DNA of 63,085 nt, filler included, from an uncultured bacterium (GCA_964543655.1; 5 parts of 5 records of this genome joined end to end with filler, not necessarily neighbours in it); one strand, 5' to 3'. Shown: positions 48,148-59,272, counted from the whole stretch's first letter. The notes: a model not told the origin generated them from the letters alone. Made by a program: numbers and translations.

Positions 48148-48651
48148 TTAAAACTGTGGATAATGCTCTGCATAACTGAGTGCAGAGTATTCTATTCTTT
48201 TAATATCATCATCTGTTATTTTTCTTTTAATTTTGGCTGGAATACCAGCTACAAGTGAATAATCTTCAACAACCTGACCTTCCCTAACAACTGAACCTGC
48301 TGCAACCATGCAATTATTGCCTATTTTAGCACCATCAAGTATAATTGCACCAATGCCAACTAAAACATTATCACCAATGGTACAGCCATGAACTTTGGCT
48401 CCATGTCCTATAGAAACATTATTGCCAATTATCAGAGGGAAATACACATTTGTAACATGGAGTATTGAAAGATCCTGAATGTTAACATTGTTACCAATTC
48501 TAATATAGTTAACATCACCTCTAACAACAGCGCCATACATAATCGAGCATTTTGTCCCTATCTTTACATCACCTATAATATAAGCATTTTCAGCAATATA
48601 AAATGGCTTTGCAATTTCCGGGTATATTTTCTTATATGGTAAAATTGGCAT
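48148..48651 (-). CDS. Gamma-carbonic-anhydrase family protein
   Basis: Hexapeptide repeats, RGDVN, NIQD..LH, IGH..VHGC. Confidence 0.92.
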   Translation of the reverse strand: MPILPYKKIYPEIAKPFYIAENAYIIGDVKIGTKCSIMYGAVVRGDVNYIRIGNNVNIQDLSILHVTNVYFPLIIGNNVSIGHGAKVHGCTIGDNVLVGIGAIILDGAKIGNNCMVAAGSVVREGQVVEDYSLVAGIPAKIKRKITDDDIKRIEYSALSYAEHYPQF

Positions 48652-48678
48652 AACTACTCCTTTATTATTAGCACTCTA

Positions 48679-49131
48679 CTATTTACAGCCATCCACGTTG
48701 GTAGTAACTGTAAAATTAGTTGATGTAACTGAATACTCTACATAGCAATTAGTTTGCATTGTAAATTTTGCATTTGATGAGTTATTATTATCAACTCCAG
48801 GAGAAAAAGTGAATTTATTGGTATCATATGTCACTGCATTGTTTATACCACCATTGGCTTCAGAAGGATAACCAGGGGCATTTGTACCATTATACATTGA
48901 TATTGTTTTGTCTTCAATGTTAATTGTTGCAGATGGTGATAACAACCACTTACCATGGGATATTTCTGCAGCTGATTTAATAGCTCCAGCAAGAGCTTTA
49001 ACAGCAGCAGCTCTTGCTTTTCCTGACATATTGCCAAATCTTGGAATAGCAATGGCAGCTAATATGCCAAGAATTGCAATTACAATAAGAACCTCTATTA
49101 ATGTAAAGCCAAAATTTTTTCTATTATTCAC
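48679..49131 (-). CDS. Type IV pilin-like protein (MshA-like)
   Basis: Class III signal G|FTLIE VLIVIAILGILAAIAIP; C-terminal Cys pair; GTG start with GGAGG. Confidence 0.85.
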   Translation of the reverse strand: MNNRKNFGFTLIEVLIVIAILGILAAIAIPRFGNMSGKARAAAVKALAGAIKSAAEISHGKWLLSPSATINIEDKTISMYNGTNAPGYPSEANGGINNAVTYDTNKFTFSPGVDNNNSSNAKFTMQTNCYVEYSVTSTNFTVTTNVDGCK

Positions 49132-49141
49132 TTTAACCTCC

Positions 49142-49241
49142 NNNNNNNNNNNNNNNNNNNNNNNNNNNNNNNNNNNNNNNNNNNNTTAATTAATTAANNN
49201 NNNNNNNNNNNNNNNNNNNNNNNNNNNNNNNNNNNNNNNNN
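49142..49241. other. Artificial contig spacer
   Basis: N44-TTAATTAATTAA-N44. Confidence 0.98.
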
Positions 49242-49243
49242 AG

Positions 49244-49417
49244 TTAATTGATAGAATAGATGATAGTGAGCTTAAATTTCAGGCAGAAAAATTTGTTTCT
49301 AAATTTTATGAAATATATTTTACAGATACTGACCTTAACAAAAAAAGAATAGCTGAACTTAAAGAGATTTTAAAATGGCTCCCCAGGCCGGACTCGAACC
49401 AGCGACCCAATGATTAA
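49244..49417 (+). CDS. Probable 3' end of a gene truncated by the contig edge
   Basis: Open frame LIDRIDDSELKFQAEKFVSKFYEIYF..ELKEILKWLPRPDSNQRPND* with host-like codon use. Confidence 0.5.
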   Translation, partial: LIDRIDDSELKFQAEKFVSKFYEIYFTDTDLNKKRIAELKEILKWLPRPDSNQRPND

Positions 49418-49451
49418 CAGTCATTTGCTCTACCGACTGAGCTACTGGGGA
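49376..49451 (-). tRNA. tRNA-Asn(GTT)
   Basis: TCCCCAGTAGCTCAGTCGGTAGAGC..ATGACTGTTAATCAT..GGTTCGAGTCC..TGGGGAGCCA; CCA encoded. Confidence 0.96.
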
Positions 49452-49508
49452 GCATTGAGAGAAAGTCAATTACAAAATTAAAATTTATTTGTCAAGTAAA
49501 AAATAAAA

Positions 49509-49595
49509 TGCCTAGGGCCGGACTCGAACCGGCACGGAGTCAAAACTCCGAGGGATTTTAAGTCCCTTGCGTCTACCAAATTCCGCCACCCAGGC
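49509..49595 (-). tRNA. tRNA-Leu(TAA)
   Basis: GCCTGGG acceptor, AGGGA-CTTAAAA-TCCCT anticodon arm, long variable arm, GGTTCGAGTCC; CCA not encoded. Confidence 0.96.
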
Positions 49596-49646
49596 ATTAA
49601 AATCGTGTGGGGCTTACCATAATAAATTTTAAAAATCAAGAAAAAT

Positions 49647-50423
49647 TTATAAATAATTTAGAGCTTCCTTCGCTTCTTTTCTAACTATAAATGCTCTATC
49701 CCATTCATAATTTTCATCTTCTCCTAAAATTCTTTTGCAAATTGTTTTAAATTTTTCTTTCTGAGTGTCATTAAGAAAGCCAGCTTTTGCTATCTTACCA
49801 ATACTTCTGACTGCTTTTGCTCTAATGGGAGCTTTAAAATCTGCAACTCTATTAATAAGGATGTTGAAAATTGTTTCAACAAGTATTGAATCCACATCTC
49901 CAGGCTTTAAATTTTCAAAAACTTTACCAAGAGTCCTTGTAGCTGTATCTCTAATTTCATCATTTTGTGAACTTGCTTCAGAGATTAAAAGAGGCAATGA
50001 TTTAACAATGTATTTATCTTTTACTTTGCTCAAAGCATATAAAATAAAGGATCTTGTATCTCCTGAAGATGTTTTCTGATACTCCTCCATAAGAGGATCA
50101 ACAGCATCTTTACCTATTAACCCCAAAACTCTTGCGTAGTCAAGAGCTGCTTTAAGATCAGTTTCTGCAAGATTTTTAATACAATATGGAATGATTTTTT
50201 TACCAAATAAGCTTAAAACTTTTATTGCTTTATCTTTAACCTCTATCATTTCTGGGTGATCTCCAAGATCAATAAAGAAGAGAGCACTAATAACATCTTC
50301 TATTACCTCTGCTGGTATAATGTCGATGTTATCCGCAACTTCGTTCAGAGCAGCTAAAATTTTCTCTTTGTTTTCACTTGAAAGCATATCAATTAATTTG
50401 TCAACTTCAATTTTTTTCCCCAT
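49647..50423 (-). CDS. HEAT-repeat protein
   Basis: Repeats such as TRSFILYALSK, IRDTATRTLGK, IRAKAVRSIGK, VRKEAKEAL. Confidence 0.8.
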   Translation of the reverse strand: MGKKIEVDKLIDMLSSENKEKILAALNEVADNIDIIPAEVIEDVISALFFIDLGDHPEMIEVKDKAIKVLSLFGKKIIPYCIKNLAETDLKAALDYARVLGLIGKDAVDPLMEEYQKTSSGDTRSFILYALSKVKDKYIVKSLPLLISEASSQNDEIRDTATRTLGKVFENLKPGDVDSILVETIFNILINRVADFKAPIRAKAVRSIGKIAKAGFLNDTQKEKFKTICKRILGEDENYEWDRAFIVRKEAKEALNYL

Positions 50424-50565
50424 ACTCTGCCTCCTTTTTTATTTTGATAATTATTTTTAGCATATTTTTATATTTTTATCAAACAAATAATAATTTAAAG
50501 TAAATTGACAAATTATTTTGATTCTGTTATTTGCACAAACATAATTCTATTTATGGAGATTTATA

Positions 50566-50946
50566 ATGCGCACATATAAAATTGGTGAACTTGCAAGGAT
50601 AGTTAATTTAACACCAAGAACCATTAGGTATTATGAAGAAATTGGACTTTTAAACTCTGTTAAAAAAGTTGAAAGTGGTAGAAGAATTTACACTGATGAA
50701 GATATTAGAAGGTTGAAATTTATAAAAAGATTAAAGGTCCTTGGACTTTCATTAAAAGAGATGGAAGAGCTTGAAAATATCTACCAGATAAACAGATCCA
50801 ACAGAGATGCACTTTTAAAACTTTTGGAACTTTTAAAAAAACATCTGCATAATATTGATTCCAGAATTGATCATTTAAAAAAATTAAAAAAAGAGATAAT
50901 TAGCTATAGTGAGAGAATTGAAGATAAGTTAAATAAAGAGGAGTAG
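50566..50946 (+). CDS. MerR family transcriptional regulator
   Basis: YKIGELA..TIRYYEEIGLL..GRRIY..LGLSLKE. Confidence 0.92.
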   Translation: MRTYKIGELARIVNLTPRTIRYYEEIGLLNSVKKVESGRRIYTDEDIRRLKFIKRLKVLGLSLKEMEELENIYQINRSNRDALLKLLELLKKHLHNIDSRIDHLKKLKKEIISYSERIEDKLNKEE

Positions 50947-50948
50947 TT

Positions 50949-52127
50949 TTGTACAATAAGGATTTAATTATACAGAAAAACGAAATTGATAGAAGAATCA
51001 AACTATTGCAGGATCAATTAATTAATCAGAATATAGATTATGCATTTATTATTCAAAATGCTGATATATTTTATTTTACAGGTTTTGTTTCAGCAAGCAT
51101 CCTTTTAATTTCACAAAAAGATACAATACTTTTTTGTAGAAAAGATATTGATAATGTAAAAAATTTTTCAAATTTATCAAACATAGTTAAAATTAACTCA
51201 TTTAAAGACATTGGAGATTATATAGAATCAGATAAAATACAGGGATTTGAGCTTGATGTGGTTCCTTACTCCATGATTAACTATTTTAAGAAAATTTTAA
51301 ACCCTTCAAAACTTGTTGATATTTCATCATTAATTAGAGATGTCAGAGCTATTAAATCTGATGTTGAGATACGGTATATTAAGAAAGCAGCAAATTTACT
51401 TAATATTTTATGTAGGGAAATTGTCAACTATATAAAACCTGGCATTACTGAAGTGGAAATCTTTGCAAAAGCTCAGGAAATATTAATAAAAAATGGCCAT
51501 CAGGGATATACCCGGATGAGAGGTTTTAATCAGGAAATGTTTTATGGCCATCTTTTATCAGGAGAAGAAGGTATTATTTCTGGTTATCTTGATGCACCTA
51601 CATGTGGGAGTGGTATTTATCCTGCATTTCCTCAGGGTAGTAGCAATAGAGTTATTAAACAAGGTGATTTAGTAAGTGTTGATCTTGTTGGAGCTTACAA
51701 CGGTTATCATGCAGATCAAACAAGACCCTTTAGCTGTGGAAAAATAGATGGAATTTACTATGATAACTTTCAAAAGGCATTGGAAATACAGGATGAAGTT
51801 GTTTCTATGATAAAGCCAGGAATTGCGTGGGAAGATGCTTACTATAAAGGAATAAAAATAGCAAAAAAATTGAAAATTGATGAATATTTTATGGGATACT
51901 TTTCAAAAGTCAAATTTATTGGTCATGGAATAGGTGTTGAAGTTGATGAGTATCCATTTCTGTCACCTAATTTTAAAAAAGAGTTTTTACCAAATATGGT
52001 TTTTGCAATAGAGCCTAAAATATTTTTACCTAAATATGGAGTTATTGGGATAGAAAATACATATTTAATAACAGAAAATGGTTGCGAAAAAATAACAATC
52101 TCACCTGATAAAATAACTACAGCTTAA
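50949..52127 (+). CDS. M24 family Xaa-Pro peptidase-like protein
   Basis: RAIKS.E, VDL..YHADQTR, GHGIG, AIEPK, GIENT. Confidence 0.88.
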   Translation: MYNKDLIIQKNEIDRRIKLLQDQLINQNIDYAFIIQNADIFYFTGFVSASILLISQKDTILFCRKDIDNVKNFSNLSNIVKINSFKDIGDYIESDKIQGFELDVVPYSMINYFKKILNPSKLVDISSLIRDVRAIKSDVEIRYIKKAANLLNILCREIVNYIKPGITEVEIFAKAQEILIKNGHQGYTRMRGFNQEMFYGHLLSGEEGIISGYLDAPTCGSGIYPAFPQGSSNRVIKQGDLVSVDLVGAYNGYHADQTRPFSCGKIDGIYYDNFQKALEIQDEVVSMIKPGIAWEDAYYKGIKIAKKLKIDEYFMGYFSKVKFIGHGIGVEVDEYPFLSPNFKKEFLPNMVFAIEPKIFLPKYGVIGIENTYLITENGCEKITISPDKITTA

Positions 52128-52215
52128 GCATGTCAAAGTTTTAAAAATTTTTTCTTGCAATTTAGATATGTTAGTGGTATGAGATTGCCCTTAAAATTTT
52201 AGTATGGAGGATAAT

Positions 52216-52452
52216 ATGAAAGAGGGAATACATCCAGAATATCATAGTGAAGTAAAGGTAACCTGTGCTTGTGGCAATACATTTGTTACAGGTTCAATTA
52301 AAAAAGAGATTAAAGTTGAAATTTGCTCAAAATGCCATCCATTTTTTACAGGTAAGCAAAAGTTTGTTGATAGCGCAGGAAGAATAGAAAAATTCCAGAG
52401 AAAATATGCTAAATTTCAAAAGAAAAAAGAAAAAACAGGTGATGATAGTTAA
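52216..52452 (+). CDS. rpmE: 50S ribosomal protein L31 (Zn-binding type)
   Basis: [27 protein letters not shown]. Confidence 0.96.
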   Translation: MKEGIHPEYHSEVKVTCACGNTFVTGSIKKEIKVEICSKCHPFFTGKQKFVDSAGRIEKFQRKYAKFQKKKEKTGDDS

Positions 52453-53128
52453 ATTATTATCTCATACTCCTGAACCAGAAAAAGTTATAGCAGTTGCAGC
52501 AAGGTTGTGTTACAGCAACCTTTCTGTAGATGAGCTTCTTTCTGGATTTACAAAGGAGAAAATTGAAGAATTTATAAAAAAAATTATAGAATTAGGGCAT
52601 GAATCTGTTCTTGAGCATGTAAGTTTTACTTTTGGAATTGAGGGAATCTCCAGAGCCTGTTCTCACCAATTAGTTAGACACAGAATAGCAAGTTATTCTC
52701 AGCAGAGCCAACGGTATGTTAATTTTAAAAATATTGAATATGTGATCCCTGATTCTATTAAGAGTAATAGTGAAATTTTAAATGATTTTAATGACTTTAT
52801 GCAGCAAGCAGCGAAATTATATGGCAAAATGCTTAATTTTGGTATTCCAGCAGAAGATGCAAGATTCATACTGCCAAATGCTGCTAATACAAAGATTATA
52901 GTTACGATGAACTTAAGAGAGTTAAAGCATTTTTTTAAACTTAGATGTTGTAATCGTGCGCAATGGGAGATTCGGGAACTTGCTATTAATATGCTAAAAT
53001 TACTTAAAGAAAAAATTCCTTTACTATTTTCACAAATGGGACCAGCGTGTATTAATGGTCCCTGTCCAGAAGGATCTATGAGTTGTAAAAAATCTAAAGA
53101 AGTTAGAGAGTTTTTTTCAAGCCTTTAA
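52442..53128 (+). CDS. thyX: FAD-dependent thymidylate synthase
   Basis: [33 protein letters not shown]. Confidence 0.95.
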   Translation: MIVKLLSHTPEPEKVIAVAARLCYSNLSVDELLSGFTKEKIEEFIKKIIELGHESVLEHVSFTFGIEGISRACSHQLVRHRIASYSQQSQRYVNFKNIEYVIPDSIKSNSEILNDFNDFMQQAAKLYGKMLNFGIPAEDARFILPNAANTKIIVTMNLRELKHFFKLRCCNRAQWEIRELAINMLKLLKEKIPLLFSQMGPACINGPCPEGSMSCKKSKEVREFFSSL

Positions 53129-53158
53129 CTTATTCTATTTAAAATTAATGGAGAATAT

Positions 53159-54055
53159 ATGGATTGTAAGAAAAAAAAATTAGATGTTGGTGGGCAGGCT
53201 GTAATTGAGGGAGTTATGTTAAGATCACCTCATTACTGGGCTGTTGCAGTTAGAAAGCCAGATGGAGAAATAGAAGTTAAAAAAGATAAGTTAAACCTGT
53301 TATCAGAGAAAAATAAACTTTTTAAACTCCCAATTGTCAGGGGAGTTATAATGTTGCTATCAGCACTTGTTCTTGGTATTAAGGCGCTTAACTTTTCTGC
53401 TAATGTTGCATATGACGAAGAGGAGGAGATGGGTGACTGGGCAATTTATGGCACTATTGGTTTTGCTTTTGCAATTGCAATAGCTGTTTTTTTTGTACTA
53501 CCACTCTATATAACAAAAATTTTCAATTTTCAAAGTTACTTTGTTTTTAACATTGTAGATGGAATAATTAGAATAATATTTTTTCTACTTTATGTTTACG
53601 CTATTTCTTTTATGGATGATATTAAAAGGATATTTCAGTATCATGGTGCTGAGCATAAAGTAATATACTCATATGAGGAAGATGAAAGTGTTACTGTTGA
53701 TTCAGCTAAAAAGTATTCAACTTTGCACCCAAGATGTGGTACATCTTTTCTTATTATTGTGTTACTCATTAGTATATTAATTTTTTCACTTGTTCCAAAA
53801 AGCTCACCTTTTTATGTAAAACTATTGTCGCGTATTGTTCTAATCCCTTTAATCGCAGGTTTATCTTATGAGGCATTGAAGCTTTCTGCAAAGTATAAAG
53901 ATAATATTTTTATAAAATTATTTATAAAGCCAGGATTGTGGTTGCAAAAAATAACAACAAAAGAACCGGATGAGAGCCAGATTGAGGTTGCTTTAGCAGC
54001 TCTCAAAGCTGTGCTTCAACTTGAAAAGGGAGAGGTAAATGTTACAGAAGCTTGA
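53159..54055 (+). CDS. DUF1385 family membrane protein
   Basis: [31 protein letters not shown]; usual rpmE-prfA context. Confidence 0.88.
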   Translation: MDCKKKKLDVGGQAVIEGVMLRSPHYWAVAVRKPDGEIEVKKDKLNLLSEKNKLFKLPIVRGVIMLLSALVLGIKALNFSANVAYDEEEEMGDWAIYGTIGFAFAIAIAVFFVLPLYITKIFNFQSYFVFNIVDGIIRIIFFLLYVYAISFMDDIKRIFQYHGAEHKVIYSYEEDESVTVDSAKKYSTLHPRCGTSFLIIVLLISILIFSLVPKSSPFYVKLLSRIVLIPLIAGLSYEALKLSAKYKDNIFIKLFIKPGLWLQKITTKEPDESQIEVALAALKAVLQLEKGEVNVTEA

Positions 54056-55115
54056 AGAAGTTGAAAAAGAATTTAATAAATTATCTAAACAATTAGAAGA
54101 CCCAGAAATTTTTAAAAATATTGAAAAATTCCAAAAAATTAGCAAGGAGCATTCTGATTTAAAGCCAATTGTGGAAAAATTTAAAGAATACAAAAAAGTT
54201 TTAAATAATATTGAAGAAAATCATTACATGTTGAAACATGAAAAGGACAATGAAATAAAAGAGCTTGCAAAGACTGACCTTGAAGAGCTTGAAGTAAAAA
54301 AAGAACAACTTGAAAAAGATTTAAAATTTATGCTCCTTCCAAAAGATCCAAATGACAATAAAAATGTTATTCTTGAAATTAGAGCAGGTACAGGTGGTGA
54401 AGAAGCAGCACTTTTTGCTGCTGACCTATTTAGAATGTATCTCAGGTATTCTGAAAGAAAAAAATGGAAAGTTGAAATTTTAAGTGCAAATGAGACAGGA
54501 AATGGTGGTTTTAAAGAAGTTATTGCGCTTATCAATGGTAAAGGAGCCTATAGCAAGCTCAAGTATGAAAGTGGAATTCACAGAGTTCAAAGGGTACCAC
54601 TTACAGAATCACAAGGTAGAATTCATACTTCTGCTGTTAGTGTAGCAATTTTGCCAGAAGCAGAAGATGTAGATATTGAAATAAATACCTCTGATTTGAA
54701 AATAGATGTTTTTAGAGCATCTGGAGCTGGCGGTCAGCATGTTAATACAACAGATTCAGCTGTGAGAATTACACATATTCCTACTGGAATAGTTGTTACA
54801 TGTCAGGATGAGAGATCACAGCATAAGAATAAAGCAAAAGCTATGAAAATTTTAAGGGCAAAGTTGTTTGACATAGAGATGCAAAAGCAAGAACAGGAGC
54901 TTGCCAATGAGAGAAAACAGATGGTTGGCACTGGTGATAGAAGTGAAAAAATAAGAACCTACAATTTTCCCCAAAGCAGAGTTACAGATCACAGGATTGG
55001 ATTAACTCTGTATAAGCTTAATGATATCTTAGATGGTGATATTGATGAAATTATTGATGCATTAACAACTTATTTTCAGGCAGAAGCATTAAAATCACAT
55101 ATTAACAATGAATGA
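54039..55115 (+). CDS. prfA: Peptide chain release factor 1
   Basis: PxT (PLT) motif, GGQ motif, [10 protein letters not shown]. Confidence 0.96.
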   Translation: MLQKLEEVEKEFNKLSKQLEDPEIFKNIEKFQKISKEHSDLKPIVEKFKEYKKVLNNIEENHYMLKHEKDNEIKELAKTDLEELEVKKEQLEKDLKFMLLPKDPNDNKNVILEIRAGTGGEEAALFAADLFRMYLRYSERKKWKVEILSANETGNGGFKEVIALINGKGAYSKLKYESGIHRVQRVPLTESQGRIHTSAVSVAILPEAEDVDIEINTSDLKIDVFRASGAGGQHVNTTDSAVRITHIPTGIVVTCQDERSQHKNKAKAMKILRAKLFDIEMQKQEQELANERKQMVGTGDRSEKIRTYNFPQSRVTDHRIGLTLYKLNDILDGDIDEIIDALTTYFQAEALKSHINNE

Positions 55116-55974
55116 AAAAGTATGGACAATTAAAGAGATTTTACTCTGGACACATAATTATTTCTCAAGTAAAAAAATTGATTCACCTCGTCTCACCGCT
55201 GAATTATTGCTTTCAAAAGTTCTAAATATAGATAGAATTTCACTTTATACAAATTTTGACAAACCTTTGTCTAAAGACGAACTCTCAAATTTCAAACAAT
55301 TAATAAAAAGAAGGATTAGTGGTGAGCCAACAGCATATATTCTTGGTGAAAAAGAGTTTTGGTCACTAAAGTTTAAGGTAAATAAACATACTCTTATTCC
55401 AAGACCAGAAACAGAGATTTTAGTTGAAAAAGTTGTAGAATATGTTAATAGCATAAATACTCCTGTTTCAATTTTGGAGATAGGTACAGGTAGTGGCAAT
55501 ATAGCTGTGTCTCTTGCCAAAGAGCTTCAAAACTCTACTATTTTTTCCATAGATATTAGCTTAGAAGCTTTAAAAATAGCAAAATTTAACAGTAAAAAGC
55601 ATAATGTTTCAGAGAGAGTTTTTTTTATAAATTCCAACATTACTGATTCATTGAAAAATATTAAATATTTTGATATAATTGTATCTAATCCTCCCTATAT
55701 TAAAAGTAACAGCATAGATAAGTTACAGGTTGAGATTAAAGATTTTGAACCGTTATCTGCCCTTAATGGAGGTAGTGATGGTTTAAAATTTTATATTGAA
55801 ATATTGAAAAAAGCAAAATCTTTTTTAAAAGAAAATGGCAAAATTTTTTTTGAAGTTGGAGATAGACCTCAAGGGAAGGAAGTGGTTAATATTGCAGAGA
55901 AATTGGGTTTTTTTGAAGCTGTTTTATTCAATGATTATTCTAATTTAACAAGAGTTTTTTCATGTAAAATTTGA
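55108..55974 (+). CDS. prmC: Release factor glutamine methyltransferase
   Basis: [20 protein letters not shown]. Confidence 0.95.
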   Translation: MNEKVWTIKEILLWTHNYFSSKKIDSPRLTAELLLSKVLNIDRISLYTNFDKPLSKDELSNFKQLIKRRISGEPTAYILGEKEFWSLKFKVNKHTLIPRPETEILVEKVVEYVNSINTPVSILEIGTGSGNIAVSLAKELQNSTIFSIDISLEALKIAKFNSKKHNVSERVFFINSNITDSLKNIKYFDIIVSNPPYIKSNSIDKLQVEIKDFEPLSALNGGSDGLKFYIEILKKAKSFLKENGKIFFEVGDRPQGKEVVNIAEKLGFFEAVLFNDYSNLTRVFSCKI

Positions 55975-55994
55975 AAACTTTGCAGGAGGGTAAA

Positions 55995-56801
55995 ATGTTA
56001 ATAGGCTTAATTGGTGGTGGAAACATGGGAGAAGCAATTATAAAAGGAATGATAGAGTCAAAAAATTTTTCATTAACTGAAATAACAGTTTTCGATGTTT
56101 CAAAAAATAGATTAATCTACCTCAATGAACGTTATCATATAGATTTTTCTGAAACTGTTGAAGAACTGGTAGAACAATCTGATGTTATAATTTTAGCTGT
56201 AAAGCCTCAAATTATAAACTCTGTGCTTAATAATATAAAATCTTTGATTGATAAAAATAAACATTTAATTATATCAATTGCTGCTGGTGTTAAAATAGAA
56301 ACTTTTGAAAGAACTCTTGGAAATGATACAAGAATAGTTAGAGTAATGCCAAATACTCCTGCATTTGTTCTTGAAAGTATGAGTGCTTTATCTTTTAATA
56401 AAAATGTATCTGAAAATGACAGAAAAATTTCAATGAAAATTTTTCAATCAATTGGAGAGGCAATTGAAATAGATGAATCATATCTTGATGCAGTTACAGC
56501 TGTAAGTGGTAGTGGGCCTGGATTTATTGCTGAGATTCTCGAAGCGTTCTCCGATGGAGCAGTTAAAATAGGAATTCCTCGAGAGCTTGCAAATAAACTA
56601 ATAATTCAGACTTTTATTGGAAGCATTAAATTAGTCTCAGGAGAGGATATCAATTTTAATAAACTAAAAAACATGGTAACATCACCAGGAGGTACCACCA
56701 TAGCTGGTATATCAGAGCTTGCCAATTATAATATTAAAGCAGCAATTATAAATTGTATAGAAGCTGCATTCAAACGTTCAAAAGAGCTTGCTGGGAATTG
56801 A
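55995..56801 (+). CDS. proC: Pyrroline-5-carboxylate reductase
   Basis: IGGGNMG, AVKP, RVMPN, SGSGP, VTSPGGTT; ATG 55995 after GGAGG. Confidence 0.95.
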   Translation: MLIGLIGGGNMGEAIIKGMIESKNFSLTEITVFDVSKNRLIYLNERYHIDFSETVEELVEQSDVIILAVKPQIINSVLNNIKSLIDKNKHLIISIAAGVKIETFERTLGNDTRIVRVMPNTPAFVLESMSALSFNKNVSENDRKISMKIFQSIGEAIEIDESYLDAVTAVSGSGPGFIAEILEAFSDGAVKIGIPRELANKLIIQTFIGSIKLVSGEDINFNKLKNMVTSPGGTTIAGISELANYNIKAAIINCIEAAFKRSKELAGN

Positions 56802-56816
56802 AAAGGAGTAAATTAA

Positions 56817-57152
56817 ATGAAAAAATTTGTTTTTGTTTTACCAATTATTTTAAGTTATATTCTTTTATCTGCACATTTTTTTAGAGCAGGAATTTTATAT
56901 ATGACAGGCTTAATGCTGTTACTCCCTTTACTCCTTTTAATAAAGAAAAAAATATCAGCAATAATAATTCAGATTGGGCTTCTGTTTGGTACATTTGTTT
57001 GGGTTGAGACATTTTTAAAATTTATGCATATTTACAATAGATTCAATATGCCCTTTACAAAAGCTGGAATAATTATCGCAGCAGTTGGAGTATTCACATT
57101 TTTATCAATATTTCTCTTTAGAACTAAAACTTTAAAGGATGTTTATAAATAA
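56817..57152 (+). CDS. Small hypothetical membrane protein
   Basis: About four hydrophobic helices, LSAHFFRAG; AAGGAG RBS. Confidence 0.7.
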   Translation: MKKFVFVLPIILSYILLSAHFFRAGILYMTGLMLLLPLLLLIKKKISAIIIQIGLLFGTFVWVETFLKFMHIYNRFNMPFTKAGIIIAAVGVFTFLSIFLFRTKTLKDVYK

Positions 57153-57324
57153 TTTCTGCCTGATAATGTAATTTCATTGTTTTATATTCACACTGAAATT
57201 TTTCATCTCTTTATTTCCTTTATAAATTATTCCTATAGATAATAATAATTTTTTATAAATATTTTTCATTCGACAAAATTTTTTAAATTAAGTAGGCAAG
57301 AACAAAACAAAAGAGGGTGATAAT

Positions 57325-58581
57325 ATGGCTCAAGATTATTACAATATGTGGAAAGAATTGGGGTTAGAATTAGATGCTCATGATAATTTATTGAATATTT
57401 TAAATGATGTTTACAAGCAAACCTATCTAACGCAATCAAATAGACCCAAAAATATGGAATATTTTGATTTTGTTATTGGCGAAGTTAATGGATTGAGAAT
57501 AAAAGAACTAATAAATGCTAAAAAAGAAAATAGAAAAATTATTGGTACTTACTGCGTATTTGTGCCAGAAGAGATAATTATTGCTTTAAATGGAATTTGC
57601 GTTGGATTATGTGCAGGAGCAGAAATAGGGTATGAACATGCTGAAAAGTATTTACCAAGAAATATATGCCCCTTAATTAAATCATTTTTTGGCTTTACAC
57701 TGGCTAAGGTGTGTCCTTATGTTGAAGCCTGTGATGTACTGGTTGGAGAAACAACCTGTGATGGTAAAAAGAAAGCTTATGAAATTTTTTCTAAGATTAA
57801 AAAATTGTATGTAATGGAAATACCTCAACTTAAAAATACCCAAGATTTTAATCTGTTGTATGAAGAGTATAAAAGATTTGCAAAATATATGGAAGAGTTA
57901 ACAGGAGAAAAGTTAACCTTTGAAAAACTGAAAAATGCAATAGAGATTATCAATAAAAAGAGAAATGCTTTAAATAGATTAATGGAATTACGGGGAGAAA
58001 ATGTTGGTTGCATTTCAGGAAAAGATGCACTTTTAATAAATCAAATTTCTTTTTATGATGACCCTGTAAGATTCACAGAAAAAGTGGAACAACTGAATAA
58101 TGAGTTGGCAAAAAGAGAATGCAACACTAATAAACATAGAATTTTAATCTCTGGATGCCCAATGGCTGTGCCTAACTGGAAAATTCCAGATATTGTAGAA
58201 TCAATGGGTGCAATAATCGTTGGCGAAGAATCATGCATTGGAATGAGAAACATAAGAAATGAAGTTTCAATTGATGGTGACACAGTGGATGATTTATTAA
58301 AAAACATAGCAGAACGATATTTGAAAATAGATTGCGCATGTTTTACCCCAAACAATGAAAGAATAAACAACATTAAAGAATTAGCAGAAAAGTTAAAAGT
58401 TGATGGAGTAATTCATTATTCTCTTCAATTTTGCACACCTTATTTAGTGGAATCATATAAAGTTGAAGAAAGTTTGGAAAATACAGGTATCCCTGTTTTA
58501 AAAATAGAAACAGATTATTCTCAGGAAGATATTGGACAATTAAAAACAAGAATCCAGGCATTTATAGAGATGATTAAATAA
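57325..58581 (+). CDS. Double-cubane cluster protein-like (2-hydroxyacyl-CoA dehydratase family)
   Basis: GTYCVFVPEE, GLCAG, NICPLIK, CPY, ETTCDGKKK, GEESC, DCACFTPN, LQFC, ETDY; single 418-aa subunit next to an activator ATPase. Confidence 0.8.
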   Translation: MAQDYYNMWKELGLELDAHDNLLNILNDVYKQTYLTQSNRPKNMEYFDFVIGEVNGLRIKELINAKKENRKIIGTYCVFVPEEIIIALNGICVGLCAGAEIGYEHAEKYLPRNICPLIKSFFGFTLAKVCPYVEACDVLVGETTCDGKKKAYEIFSKIKKLYVMEIPQLKNTQDFNLLYEEYKRFAKYMEELTGEKLTFEKLKNAIEIINKKRNALNRLMELRGENVGCISGKDALLINQISFYDDPVRFTEKVEQLNNELAKRECNTNKHRILISGCPMAVPNWKIPDIVESMGAIIVGEESCIGMRNIRNEVSIDGDTVDDLLKNIAERYLKIDCACFTPNNERINNIKELAEKLKVDGVIHYSLQFCTPYLVESYKVEESLENTGIPVLKIETDYSQEDIGQLKTRIQAFIEMIK

Positions 58582-59068
58582 TGAAGTTTGCAGGAATAGA
58601 TATTGGCTCAAGAACCATAAAATTTGTGATAGTAAATGACAGTAAAATTGAAGTAGCAGAAGTTGTTGAAAATAGCTATGATTCATTAAATATCTGCAAG
58701 AAATTTCTGAAAAAATATGAATTTAATTCAATTATTGCAACAGGTTATGGAAGGACTCTTTTAGAAATTAATGAAAATATACCAACAGTTAGTGAAATTA
58801 AGGCATTTGCTGTGGGTATTGATAAAATTATTAAAGGAGATAAAGTTGTTTTAGATATAGGAGGACAGGATACCAAATTTATAAAAATAAAAAATGGCAG
58901 AGTTGTAAAATTTGAAATGAATGATAGATGCGCAGCTGGCACTGGAAAATTTTTTGAAATAATGGCAAACACTCTTGGATACAAACTTGCTGATTTTTCT
59001 AAAATAAAATTGCAAGATGTTGATATAAGTATTTCAAGTATGTGTGCTGTATTTGCAGAAAGTGAGGT
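58581..59068 (+). CDS. ASKHA/BadF-type 4Fe-4S activator ATPase (partial)
   Basis: GIDIGS, ATGYGR, DIGGQD, MNDRCAAGTG, SMCAVFAESE; cut by contig end. Confidence 0.9.
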
Positions 59069-59168
59069 NNNNNNNNNNNNNNNNNNNNNNNNNNNNNNNN
59101 NNNNNNNNNNNNTTAATTAATTAANNNNNNNNNNNNNNNNNNNNNNNNNNNNNNNNNNNNNNNNNNNN
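59069..59168. other. Artificial contig spacer
   Basis: N44-TTAATTAATTAA-N44. Confidence 0.98.
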
Positions 59169-59191
59169 TAGAAATGGAAAAATTAAAATAA

Positions 59192-59221
59192 TTCATCAAC
59201 AGCCAATTGGCTGTTGATGAA
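59192..59221. repeat. Perfect 30-bp palindrome (possible terminator)
   Basis: TTCATCAACAGCCAATTGGCTGTTGATGAA; followed by a T-run on the minus-strand 5' side only. Confidence 0.7.
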
Positions 59222-59272
59222 AAACTATTTTACTTTACATTTTCCACCTATACAAAATATCTCCTTATTCAA

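Noticed and set aside
49376-49595. tRNA pair as prophage or island attachment site
   Set aside because: No integrase or duplicated tRNA 3' end visible in the window.
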